DNA of 60,889 bases, counting the filler, from Sphacelaria rigidula (taxonomy: Eukaryota), in assembly GCA_964200075.2 (NCBI GenBank). It is 9 parts of 9 records of this genome, joined end to end, with 100 filler letters (N's around TTAATTAATTAA, not from the genome) between each part and the next. Parts side by side here need not be neighbours in the genome. Positions count along the whole stretch, not along the records: positions 40,662 to 47,337 come from CAXNAA020018693.1; positions 47,438 to 54,113 come from CAXNAA020018694.1; positions 54,214 to 60,889 come from CAXNAA020018695.1; 6 more parts are not named here. The stretch is one strand, 5' to 3'. Position 1 is the first letter of the stretch. The number at the start of each line of letters is the position of its first letter. Below the pieces are notes generated by a model, which saw nothing but the letters and a program-made list of their open reading frames with translations, was not told the DNA's origin and ran no database searches. The position numbers and the translations under genes were made by a program. This document shows, piece after piece, positions 46,356 to 57,590 of the stretch.

Positions 46356-48391
46356 GACAAGCTATTGAAAATATATAAATTTACAGATTTTGTACCAAAA
46401 TATTTGGAATTTTCAAAAAAAAAACGTCAGGGTTTTTTTCCAAAACACTACCACATGACTGTGTAGGGCTTTGCCGACAAGCCTACACAGGGCTGTAAAC
46501 CCAACCCTGGGGAAAACCTTATCAAAACGCTACGAGGGGTACAGGTTTGGATTTTCACTGTCAGGGTTTTTTCACAAAGACTGTGGAGGACCCTGTACGG
46601 ACCCTGCACAGTGCGCCCCACTGGGTGCTATTTGTCCACGGGTGTCGACTGTTGCCGACTTTATAGGCCATCATCCGTCGTACTAAGGCGTCGTATACCG
46701 ATAAATATATACTGTACAAGGTCATAGTTACGCGCAGTATAGTACAGTGCTGCTTTTCATCGCGAACGATCTCTGCAGCCCCCTTCAGGCCAGGGTGTGA
46801 TAGCTTTGAGGGCTCACGGTCCCATGAAGTACATGACTGTAGATCGCCCATGGTCAGTGAACGAGTTCATGAAGTGGAAGCCTTTGGGGTTTGCTGTTTT
46901 GTTAAATGAACTCGGGGAGACGAACATGTCGAGGTTCTCACTAGTGTCTTGTAGCTCGTGGTCACTGGCAGGAGACGTGTGTACTGTATCTTGGTGCGAC
47001 TGCCAAGAGGTAGTCGAAGTGAACTTACTTCGCGTGGTTCGCATTGTACTTTGTCTACCCCATAATAAGGAGAGACGGTTATGGAATGCTGATCACATTT
47101 TCCCAACGGAGGTGCCCACGATGATTCAGTCGGGTTCGTTGAAAAGATGAAGGTATGGTGATGAAAAAAACGGGGTTATACTATCGCGATTGAGAACTCT
47201 TGAGTCAGACTAGATAGTCCACATTTCTGGAATAGCTTTCGGAATGCTTTCAAAAATGCTTCTAGAATTACCAGGGTTGCCAGAAAAATGAGAAGGTATT
47301 TTGAAATGAGAATCCACCGCTCCCCGGGATTGTGTCCNNNNNNNNNNNNNNNNNNNNNNNNNNNNNNNNNNNNNNNNNNNNTTAATTAATTAANNNNNNN
47401 NNNNNNNNNNNNNNNNNNNNNNNNNNNNNNNNNNNNNTAAAATCGTGAGGAGCCCTTGAACCAGACAAAATTTCGCGAAAAAAGTGCACCCCTACCGTAG
47501 CATTGCTCCATTCCCCTCTGTCCTGAGCACCTCCTTTGAGAGGCTTTCATCACACATTTTACCCGCACTATTCCGCGATGCACTCAGGATTTAGGCAGCT
47601 TGAGCATAAATCTGCAGTGTTCAATGAACTAGAAATAAACACGCTGCTCAGCTCGTTTGCCTGGTACGTCATCAAAATGAGGAGCCGCGTTCTGTGACCA
47701 CGGTTGCTTGTTTTATACTATCTGGTGTGAGGGCCGTTGCTTCAGCGCACGACCTTGTCCATCTATTGACGGCAGTGTTGGACATCGAACCACTCATCAC
47801 TTTGATACGATACCGATATTTTCAGAGTTCGGCATTGATGAATGTCGACAAATATCGGCGAAGCCGAAGTGCGAGCGCAGCGAGCGGGCTCGCACAGTGA
47901 GCAAGCGGACGTGGCCGAGTCCGCTCGCTGTGCGAGCCCCGAAAGCCCCCCCGCGGGAGACGCCGACGGAGGTGAGAAATATGGTTTATTTAGCTTCAGT
48001 TCCCATCAAAATTGGCCCACCGTATTCAAGGTCTCTCAGCCCAGGGAAAAAAACCTTTTGAGTGATGCTGAGATAGGCTCAGCACTTTTACGGCCTGAGA
48101 GTAGAATTGTTAGGAACCCTTTATCTCATCAAAAACACGATTTTCGAAATAGGTGAGAGTACGCCAGGGTTTTCCTTCCAATTTGCCAGGGATATCCCGA
48201 ATGAATTTGCAAACGGGGATATCCTGACTCATATTCTTGTGTAGTTCCTTATTTTAGGAACCCCTAAACCAGGCCGGTTTTGGCCCCAAAAGTGCAGACC
48301 CTGTCGCAGCATCACTCTTTTCCGGGCTTGACAAAACCCGACAATCACCAGGGCCTGTCAAATGAAGAGTGGATTGCCACCTTAGCTGCTT

Positions 48392-48640
48392 GGAGTCATG
48401 CTACGATAGGGGGGGGTATTTTGGGCCGTTTTCTTCCACGAAATTCTACTTGAAATCGTCGTTAATAGCAGCAACGGTTGTTCAAATGCGCTTGCTTCCG
48501 ATAAATAATGCTCATCCATACTGCTTGACATCGGTTGTACCCAAATACAAGCGCACCGCGAGTGTGTCAGGTCGTTCGAAGCACTTATGAGCGCATTTTT
48601 TCGTGGAATCAAACACCCCCCCCTATCGTAGCATGACTCC
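48392..48640. mobile_element. MITE (249 bp) with 26-bp perfect TIRs containing G8
   Basis: GGAGTCATGCTACGATAGGGGGGGGT and ACCCCCCCCTATCGTAGCATGACTCC. A similar terminus (AGTCATCCTACGATAGGGG) occurs at about 60820. The TSD is unclear (TT on both sides). Confidence 0.85.
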
Positions 48641-50526
48641 TTGATGCAGGGGGGTGATGTCGATGTCCGAGGATCAAATGACCTTTCGATTGAGGTGCAA
48701 GCTACAGTTGATGTATACTCAGCTGCGGCACAAATGAACAGAAGGATATAATTAGAGAAGTAAGCAGAACAAAAGATGTATATTTACACTCAGGGAAGAC
48801 TTACGTATAGTCTCCTTGGATCCTGAGGCTCAATTTCCGCGGAAAGGGGGTGGTTGGAGTCTATCAGGCGCCGTCGAAGAGTTGATTTATCCTTTGCTAC
48901 TGTTGAGGCCTTAGGCGACGAGAAGAGAGTGCCAACAGGGGGCTGTGCACTTGCCTGCCAGTTCCCGGGCATGTTTCTACTCAAAGTCATAACTCAGAAA
49001 CGTAGCTAAGCAACTTCAAATAAACTCACGTATATATCTACCGTTGAACTCCAATAATTCCACGTCATCCCATACGAAAGCGTCCAATTACGCACGTATC
49101 AACCAGCAGCTGGCTCGTGAGGCATCTAGAAGCCGCTGAAATATTCGCCAAAGATATACAACTCTAGTACCCGCTGGTCTGTGTGTCCGGACAAACTACA
49201 CTGCAGAGTACCCATCACATAATATATGCCTCTCATGGTTGAAGGAAGCACTCGCAGATTATGACAAGAGGCGAGAGTGCTTCATCCATACCTTCTCCCG
49301 CACCACACAAATGTGGACTAACACAAAGAAGAAACAAACAAACAAACAAACAAACACAAAAACATAAAAAAAAACAAGGCAAAAAGAAGAAAAACTCGAA
49401 CCGATACAGGAAAGTGTCCTCGAATTCCGTGATTTTATTCTCACGACGAATCATGAGCAAAAATAAATAAATAAATCAAACCGACCTACCCTAAAATGCA
49501 GTGCCCTCAAAACTCCGTGAGCGTTTCCGGTGTAGTCACAGGAAATCAGAAGCTCGTCCGTGAACGGTCATCATACCCTGGCATAACTATATAATAAAAC
49601 AGTTGACTCTTACCGAATGTCCGCTTTATTTGAGTTCATCGGTAGAAAAACAAGCAAGTGTGATGAGATAGAGAAGAAAGCACCTTGAGGAGGTTTTAAT
49701 GGTGTTCACCAAGATTGTTCCAGGTTCAGACCTCTGCGTATGTTGTTTAGTCAGTCAGTTCAGCAGCACAGGCTGACCACGGTCGTTTCACAAAGGAGAC
49801 AACGAGCAAATAATACAGACCAGAATAGCACTTTTATCACGCAATTGATTGTATCCGAGCTTCATCTACAGCTCAGTTATAGCACACACTTACAACACAA
49901 ACCGAAACAGGCCTAAGCTTTGATCAATAAAATACACAAGACAAAACAGCAGCCCGACTACTGCTCTTATCTCTGGGACTCACTTTCTCGCGGTCTGTAG
50001 ATACTCCAATGGGGAAACTGGTGAATCGCAGCCAAAAACCGGGATGAGAGAGAGAGAGTGAGCGTAGGCGCTACTATTTTGAACGCGCTACGCCGCCCCC
50101 TAAATCAACATAGCTAAGGTCATACACAATCCCAAAATGCGTGCTCGTGAATTCATGCCATGGTTGGGTCACTACCTTTTTTTTAATTCAAATACATGCT
50201 TCTCCGTAGAACGTCAACCTCAAGGGGCAGCGAATTCTCCGCTAATTGAGCATGAAAATATCCCACCATTCAATGTCACTTTTGCCCAAGATCATGGCTA
50301 CGTCCTGCAGTCACATCATATCACACAAGCCCGCTAAGGCATTATATCACTCCGGTAACCAATTTCCTGCTAATCACTCATCCCAGTCAATCAGCAAAAG
50401 CCAACAACGTACAGCCCATTTCGTCGCGAAAAAGGTGGTTTCCCGCGAAAATCATATGTTGAAAAAAAAAAAAACACGCATGATACAGACAATCAACCCG
50501 GTTGACGTGAGTTAACTGTCGGTACA

Positions 50527-51329
50527 TGTTTGTGAGAGCAACGTTTTGCTATGGACGTCTGGGTGATGATCCAGTCGTACAGCACGTTTTTCTTTTCTCA
50601 CACGACGAGATACGAAAACAACCGACCGGTTTGTGAGGTCAGGTGTCCGTATACGTCAAAAGAAACGTAGTGGAGTCAATACACAACCTTCGGGCCTACT
50701 ACGTAGTTCCGAGGCGGATTGCCCAACACATTTCTGAACCACGACAAATACACAGAACAAGAGAGGACCAACGCAGCCCACTCCTCACAGGATTTGCCCG
50801 TTCGGACTAAAACGAGACTGGCTCGAACACAAACTGGAGTAAAAACCACAGCCGGTCGTACCGTCACGTTACTTCGTCCAATAATCCCTGATAAAAACAA
50901 AACACCACCGACCGATTTCAGGGGCAGGAAATTGTACGCAAAAAACTGGTAAAAGTGACGGAAAAAATAGCGAGTGGCGGACTCTGAGCCTGTAGGCTGT
51001 ACCAATGGTTGAATATCGACATGGCGGAACGGACAGTTCCGTAAGAGCAGTCTACCTTATCGTGATTTGTAGTGGTCCTGTATGAGGAGACGTTTGCAAC
51101 CGGTTATACCGCGGCTTCAATGACAATTCTTCAACATCGCTATGTACTACGCGGCCAGTGGTGACCTCGTTGTAACTTACCAATCGAAGTGCAAATCATC
51201 GCGCCCCATTACCCGCGACCCTCCTATAAACGAGGTCGGTCACGCGTGTGCAGGACTCGCAAAAAAATAGACCAAGTGTTCTAGACTCGAGGGTCAGGAA
51301 CTTGGAACACTTATGGCGAATTCCCGACA
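50527..51329 (-). mobile_element. Possible LTR (TG...CA, about 800 bp) downstream of the Gypsy remnant
   Basis: The minus strand begins TGTCGGGA and ends CACAAACA; flanks are TACA and TAGA. No clear polypurine tract and no second copy. Confidence 0.3.
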
Positions 51330-52042
51330 TAGACGCAGAATATTCCAGACCGGGGGGTCAGGTATATCTAGCGGTCGCTCCTAAAACTCTTTACCGGAAA
51401 GACAAATAAAAAAACACCCACGAAAGAAGACAAAAGGTGCGTACAACGAAGAAACAAATAAATGAAGAAATAAATAACTCGTGGCAATTGTTCCAGTATA
51501 CGGAATGGTCGTGAATGTACGGCACGGAGGACGGAGGTTCAAGGTTCCAGACTCAGGAGTCAGGAATGGAACGGTCGTCACTTGTTGTTTGCCAGATGAA
51601 ACCAGAAATGAACAAGAAATTCCTCATTGAACACAAAAAAAATAGAGCACAAAGCACGACGCGAACGGAATAGAAAACAAAAAAAGGGGAGAAAAGAAAA
51701 AAAAACAGAAACAAAGCCAAACAAAATGACGCCAAGGCAAAAACAGAACAAAACAGAATATCAGGGTCCAAAGCCAAAAAAAAAGACACCCAAAAAAAAA
51801 TACCAAATACCAAATACCAAATACCAAATACCAAACACGAAACACAACATACAACCACTACAAGTACGGGGCTAATCAGAACGAAAACAAAATAGGGGGG
51901 GGGGGGGGACATATGGTTTGCCAACGACGCCACGGGGCAAGACAAGCGACTCGAACGTGGTACACTACGCAAGGTGAATGGGGGAGCAGACTCGGATGCG
52001 GCATCATGAGTCATCTGCATCCCAAGCGGTGTCCGTGTTCCA

Positions 52043-53917
52043 TTAAACGGCTGTGTCAAGTTCGCCTTGGTCATGTCGTTGGAGGCACCAGGATCCCCTC
52101 CGAGCGGTCGGCTCCTCGGTGTAGTAGGCACCATCCAAGCGAATCTTGAGGGGGCTCGGGTCATCGAGGAAACGAATAAAGTAGGAGTTGTCAGATGCAA
52201 GATCAACCAAATGAATCTTACCCAACCACCACAGGGAATCCAAAGCCTTATACCAAAAATACGCTCCCTTCGGCAAACGTTGTCCGTGAAAAGACTGCAT
52301 GTATTGTGAACGCGAGAGAAGGCTATATCCTGCTACAACAAACCGCGCCGAGTGCTCTCGTGCCAGTTCCCGAGCGGCAACTCCCTTGCACATCGACCTA
52401 TATCTCTTATTCAACGGGCGGTGTTGGACGGCATCTCCTACCCAGTACAGCAACACTTCCCGACGAAAGTGACGTAAGTCGACCTTACGCTCCCATGTAA
52501 CACGCATGATACCCTTCCAATGAGTCTGGTACATAACCGCTATTTTACCTCCTCGACCTCGGACTAATTGATGGCCCGAGATGCGATCTACCAGTACTCG
52601 CTCAAGGGTCCCGTTGGCATCTTCAACCGGCATGTGATATGGGGGGGCTTTGACCGCGTAGTTGGTCAACGCGCACTGACTGAGACCCATTGGCAATTGC
52701 TTGGGCATGTCGGATGCATCATGTGTGGGTAGACCTCAGCATCGATACTCGGTTTTTGGGTTTGATGCCAGGTTCATCAGTGGGAAAATCCAAATACAAA
52801 ATTTTCTCGCCTACTTGACTATTCTCGGGTGCGGCATCACAGGGTCCTACCGCCAAGGTCTTCCAGGGGCCAGTCCAATTCAAGGATAGTTATGACTTCA
52901 ATATCTCATCCAACGACGACTTATTGGAGCTAGCCCCCTGAGTTACGGTCTTCACATCATTGTACACCCATGCCCATTGATTTACCTTCCACACCGGACG
53001 ATTGTTGACCGCATCATCCAACACAGTGTTTGCCCTGCCTACTTTCGCTGCGTTGATCTGGTTTTGCTCGCGTACCACCTCATACGCTAGACGAAGACGA
53101 TAACTAACAGAAATATGGTACTCCGCGATATCCCTATTTAAACTCTGATGGCCCCCATAAGGTTTTCTTTCGAACACCGTCAGTGACAATCTGGGCATAC
53201 GACCAATATGAACTTCATTGGGAGCCAATTCCGTTGCGGTATTGACTGAATTGTTGTAGTTCATCTGAATAAGGGGCAAATGCAAGTCCCAGTCCGTTTG
53301 TCGTTCGTTGGTTACCGATGCAAGCATTTGAGCCATCGTATGGTTCACTCGTTCGGTCCCACCGTTTGTGGACGGATGATATAAGCTTGTAAACATACGA
53401 TGGGCACCCAGGAGGTTACTAATCGCAGCAGAAATCTTGCCGGCGAAATGCGGGCCGTTATCGGATAACAATCGTTTGGGCACACCCCAATGCGGAATAT
53501 ACGTGTACACAAGAATGTTGGGGGTACTTTCCGCGTTATAGCTACTGGCAGCGACGGCCTGCATCACCGCATGTCGACTAAATTTAGCTGTGAACGAAAA
53601 ATATACTTATGACCACTATCCGTCAGGGGCACGGGGCCAAAATAGTCCCACGAAGCTACTTCACCAGGCCCGTTTGGGAGTGCCATTGAAACAATCGGCC
53701 AACGAACTGTCTGATGTGAAGTTTTTCGCGCCTGACACAAAAGACAACGCCTCACCCACCAACGTACACGCTGGTCCATACAAATCCACCAATAAAAACG
53801 CTCAAGCATCTGGAAGGTCCGAGCAACTCCCAGATGTGTCGATGCTTGCGAAATGACACACATGGAGAACCCATGGGCGCAGCAGCATTGGCACATGAAT
53901 TCGTGTGGAGTCATCAC
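52043..53917 (-). pseudogene. Ty3/Gypsy integrase remnant with chromodomain and further C-terminal extension
   Basis: Zinc finger HLGVARTF..RFYWW...VRRCLLCQ; catalytic core WDYFGP, GVPKRLLSDNGPHF and YHPSTNGGTERVN; GPY/F-like NWTGPW; chromodomain-like VDRISGHQ...MYQTHWKG..TWE. Frameshifted. Confidence 0.9.
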
Positions 53918-54067
53918 CTAACAAGCAGGTATGTCTACTGGTAGGTTTACCCACACGAAGGGGGGCCGTGGACCGGCGAACTTAGAGAACGACACCATCA
54001 ATATCTGTAAAACGCATGCCTTTCCGCGATAGTTCAGAACCTTCATCCTATGGGGAGGGGGGGGGGT

Positions 54068-54113
54068 GTACTCATTTGGTGCTTGCCCTCGCCGTTTGAC
54101 CATTGACCACGCA
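54068..54113 (-). mobile_element. CCHC-LINE 3' end with C-tract, cut by scaffold end
   Basis: The reverse complement reads TGCGTGGTCAATGGTCAAACGGCGAGGGCAAGCACCAAATGAGTAC, then ACCCCCCCCCC. Confidence 0.85.
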
Positions 54114-54707
54114 NNNNNNNNNNNNNNNNNNNNNNNNNNNNNNNNNNNNNNNNNNNNTTAATTAATTAANNNNNNNNNNNNNNNNNNNNNNNNNNNNNNN
54201 NNNNNNNNNNNNNTTATGATTATTATTATTATTATTTCCGCACATGATTGCGATCTCTCGAACCCGTGGTCACACCCATGGCATACTTTATCCGGTGATG
54301 GAAACTAGGAACCACTGCTGTTCTTTCGGTTTTGTATCACTCCGTTTTGTTTTCGTACCATCTCCGTACGCGAAGGCATGGCAGGGGCCTTCTGTCGGGA
54401 GTATTTCTCTCTGTCCGGACCGGTGCTAGATCGCAGCCTCGCGTTTTTATTGTGTGTGTGTGTTTTTCCTCGAACAACGACGACATCAACAACGACAACA
54501 ACAAAAACCACATGTACGAATATACTAGACATCGCAAGAAAAGCACCACATGATAACACACCACATCGGGGGTGGGGGAGGTGTACCATGGAAGGAAGGA
54601 ATTTGCACAAAGAGTACAGACATGGGAGGGAGGATGGTGGATATTCCTGCCACCTCCATGCTCAGTCCGGTACGTATCTGGCTACACGTTTTGCCATCTC
54701 TCTCCAG

Positions 54708-55599
54708 ATATCCATGCTGACTGAACAGAAACTTGGAGGAGACGTGTGGCCAAAGGCAAATTCGGGTGATTTGCAGGTGTTCTTTTGTTTTTTTGGGTAA
54801 CTTGAAAATTAGTTAGGGTCACTCTTACCCGAAAATTAGTTGACGAAGCTTATTCCGCAGACACTTTTATTTTTCGTTTATTTTCAAATCTTCGTGTCTA
54901 CATTTTTGCATATTTACATTTTTGCATATTTACATGTTCTCATATCTTCATACTTCCATACTTCCATATTTTCATTTTTCTATGTTCACGTATCTTGATA
55001 CCTTGATACCTTGATATTTTCATTTTCCATTTTTTTTCCCCCCCTCTCTTCCCGTAGTCCGTTCTCGCGACGAGTCGGTAAGTGGAATCAAAGATGTTGT
55101 CGGCGAATCCATAAGAGTAGGGGCTATTGTCCAAGAGGAACGGCGTTGAGGAGGTTGATAGCAACCGCACTGGTGCACGCTTCGACGCAACAAGCGGGAT
55201 ATTGAGGACCTGCAGCGACAAGCCCTCGAGTGGCCAATTGCCAAGCGCAAGAATAAGAGGGTTCAGCAGGAGATGCTCGACTCTAACCCCAACGGAATCT
55301 ACAATATCCTCAGAGCCTAGACAGGATACTGTTCTGGCTTGATCCTCGCTCCGGGGAATAAGCGAGATTAGTCTCCTGCTGAGGCTGAGGCTGCGGTGCG
55401 TTCCGCAGCTACTGGTGGAGTGAGGCGTGGCCTGCTGAACCCGCTTACGTTCTTGAGTGGCTACTTGCCGACCGATGACTTCCCGCTGTTGGCTCTCGTT
55501 CTTGTACGTGTTGCGTCGAAGCGTAACCTTGTCAGTGCTGTCAATGTCCCCCTCATTCCCCATGCCCTGGCGGAATAGCTTCCTCTCCTGCCGATCCGT

Positions 55600-55634
<35 letters not shown>

Positions 55635-56378
55635 TTCCCCTCCCCCCCTCCTCTCCCTCCTCTCCAATCAGGGTAGGAAACACAATCAAGACAAAAAAGA
55701 AAAAAAAAAANNNNNNNNNNCCTTTGCTGTGCTCTCCCTGCCCCCCCCTCCCCCCCCCCCCCCGGGGCCTACTTTCCCCTCCTGCCCCTCCCCCTTCCCC
55801 CCCCCCCCCCCCCCTGTTTCATTTTTCGCTCCCCTCATTTCCCTCGCGTGACGGTTGGTGGATGAAATCATACATATTGTTGAAGGAAGAATAGAAAAGT
55901 CATGCTGGCGGCGACGCTGTGGTTTGCTGTTGGTGGCGATGATGATGTGTTTTCGTTCGTCAGTCCGCCAGTGCGTCCGTCCGTCCGTCCTTCAGTTGTT
56001 TCCGCTTCTTTCCGAACACATGACAAGAAATAAAACTTGGCTTCTTACTTTTTATTTTCTTCACCAACCTTTTTTCGGGGGGTTTGTCAGGAAAAGGAGC
56101 TATTTTTTACGAGCAAGGGCATCCCGCAAGACGTCGACAGCTTCGACTGGGGGGCGCTTCGGCGCAACACGCCGGAGATTGAGAGTTTACAGCGGCAAGC
56201 CGTCCATCGGCACCTGGCTATGCGCGACCGCGAGCGGGCTCAGCAGGGCTCGCACGACTCCGGCTGCGGTAACCAGCGCAGGAGACCGCCACGAGGCCCC
56301 CCGGGATCAAGCGAGAGCTACAATTACAACGGCAACCGTCAACAACCTCCACGTTCACCTCCACCACTAGGACAGTAG
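54708..56378 (+). CDS. Putative last two exons of an unknown gene (54708-54776 and 56091-56378)
   Basis: ctctctccag|ISMLTEQKLGGDVWPKANSGDLQ|GT, then tttgtcag|EKELFFTSKGIPQDVDSFDWGALRRNTPEIESLQRQAV...PPPLGQ*. The second exon is GC3-rich; the first donor is weak. Confidence 0.5.
55061..55595 (+). pseudogene. Degenerate paralogous copy of the 56091 exon, flanked by 9-bp direct repeats
   Basis: E*GLLSKRNGVEEVDS../WCTLRRNKRDIEDLQRQAL..AKR..RVQQ aligns with EKELFFTSKGIPQDVDSFDWGALRRNTPEIESLQRQAV..AMR..RAQQ. CCGTAGTCC occurs at 55052-55060 and 55596-55604. Confidence 0.55.
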
Positions 56379-56869
56379 GTGCACGCTGCAGTGGTGTGTA
56401 TTTTGTGATGAAGCAGCCCCCCCCGCCGGTCGTTCAGTCCACAGTGTCACACTCTGATGTACGGAAGGGGGAGGGGGAGAGGGGGGGCGGGAAGGGGGTT
56501 TAGCATGTTGGATTCTAATGTATGAAGCATAGGGCTCACGGACTATCTATACTTACATGTGTTAATGTGTTCCTCTCCTTCGTTCATGAGGGTGCTCATG
56601 TGGCCCTTGGGTGTGGAAAATGCGTGTGAAGTTACTCGCTGGAATGAAACGAGTGAAACGTTTGACATAGAACTCCCTCCCCTCCCCCCCTCTCCCCAAT
56701 TCACAGAATTTAAAAAGAAACGGAAATTTTTGTTGTACAGCGGTGTGGTGGTGGTTGTCGTTGTGGATATCGCTGTGGTTGATGTACGGTCAGCTTGACC
56801 CGCTGGTGATAGGCACAAACCGGTTGCTTTGTGTCGCGCGAAATTGGTCTAGTGAACCTTAACTTGATT

Positions 56870-56905
56870 ATGATGATGATGATGATGATGATGATGATGG
56901 TGGTG
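56870..56905. repeat. (GAT)n microsatellite running into (GGT)n
   Basis: Read directly. Confidence 0.9.
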
Positions 56906-57109
56906 GTATTTGTTTTTAGTGCGCCCTTGCGCTCAAGTCTTTTTTTCTTTGTTTCTTTTCTTGTTTTCAGTCTAAGAAGATGGAAAGTGGCGTTACATGT
57001 TTTCATTGCCTCGTGGAGTGACATGCTGTGCGCGAACGTTGTGGGGGTTGAGCTAGAAAGGAACATGTCACGGTGCGAGGGGGGGGTCATCTCGTATGGC
57101 TTCGCGATC

Positions 57110-57590
57110 TTTTTGTCGTTTTCCAAATTTTGCGCTGTCTGGCAGTATCGGAACCCTTTCCCCCGAGTACAGGTGTTTGCGCCAAATATGACCGAATTGA
57201 GGGTGATATGTTCACGTATTATTGATGCATACTTTGCTCTTGCCGTTACTTTTTCCCTTTCGGGTTGTGCTAGGTACCATGTAGGAAGACGGCGCAGATT
57301 CTCAACGGTTGGCGTACGCATGAGTACATAAATCTACTCCGCCTTTACCCCCCCCCCCCCGTGGCGGAGTATTGGAGGTTGGCATAATTGTTCTTGCTTC
57401 GTTCGTGAAAAATTGTTAGATGGTGNNNNNNNNNNTGTGCTAGGCCCCATGTAGGAATACGGCCCAGCTTCCCAACGGTTGGCGTACGTCTGAGTACAAA
57501 AATCTCCCCCCCCTTTCCCCCCCCCCCCCCCCGTGGCGGAGTATTGGAGGTTGGCATAATTGTTCTTGCTTCGTTCGTGAAATATTCTGA
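57110..57590 (+). repeat. Distant LINE-tail-like sequence, with about 140 bp duplicated across a 10-N gap
   Basis: FCAVWQYRNPFPRV resembles the main LINE tail CNVWKKRNE. Both copies have TGAGTAA/CA-like sequence (TGAGTACA) shortly before a C-tract, and both continue GTGGCGGAGTATTGGAGGTTGGCATAATTGTTCTTGCTTCGTTCGTGAAA. Confidence 0.5.

Noticed and set aside
46797..47150. Ulp1-like or integrase-like fragment (GFHFMNSF, HFDYL)
   Set aside because: The motifs are too short and lie in different frames.
48805..48976. Isolated minus-strand exon with GTAAGT donor
   Set aside because: No domain similarity, and the next candidate exon stops after six codons; insufficient support.
54940..55689. 249-aa minus-strand ORF
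   Set aside because: It starts in a G-tract, ends in simple repeats, and is antisense to a plus-strand pseudogene fragment.
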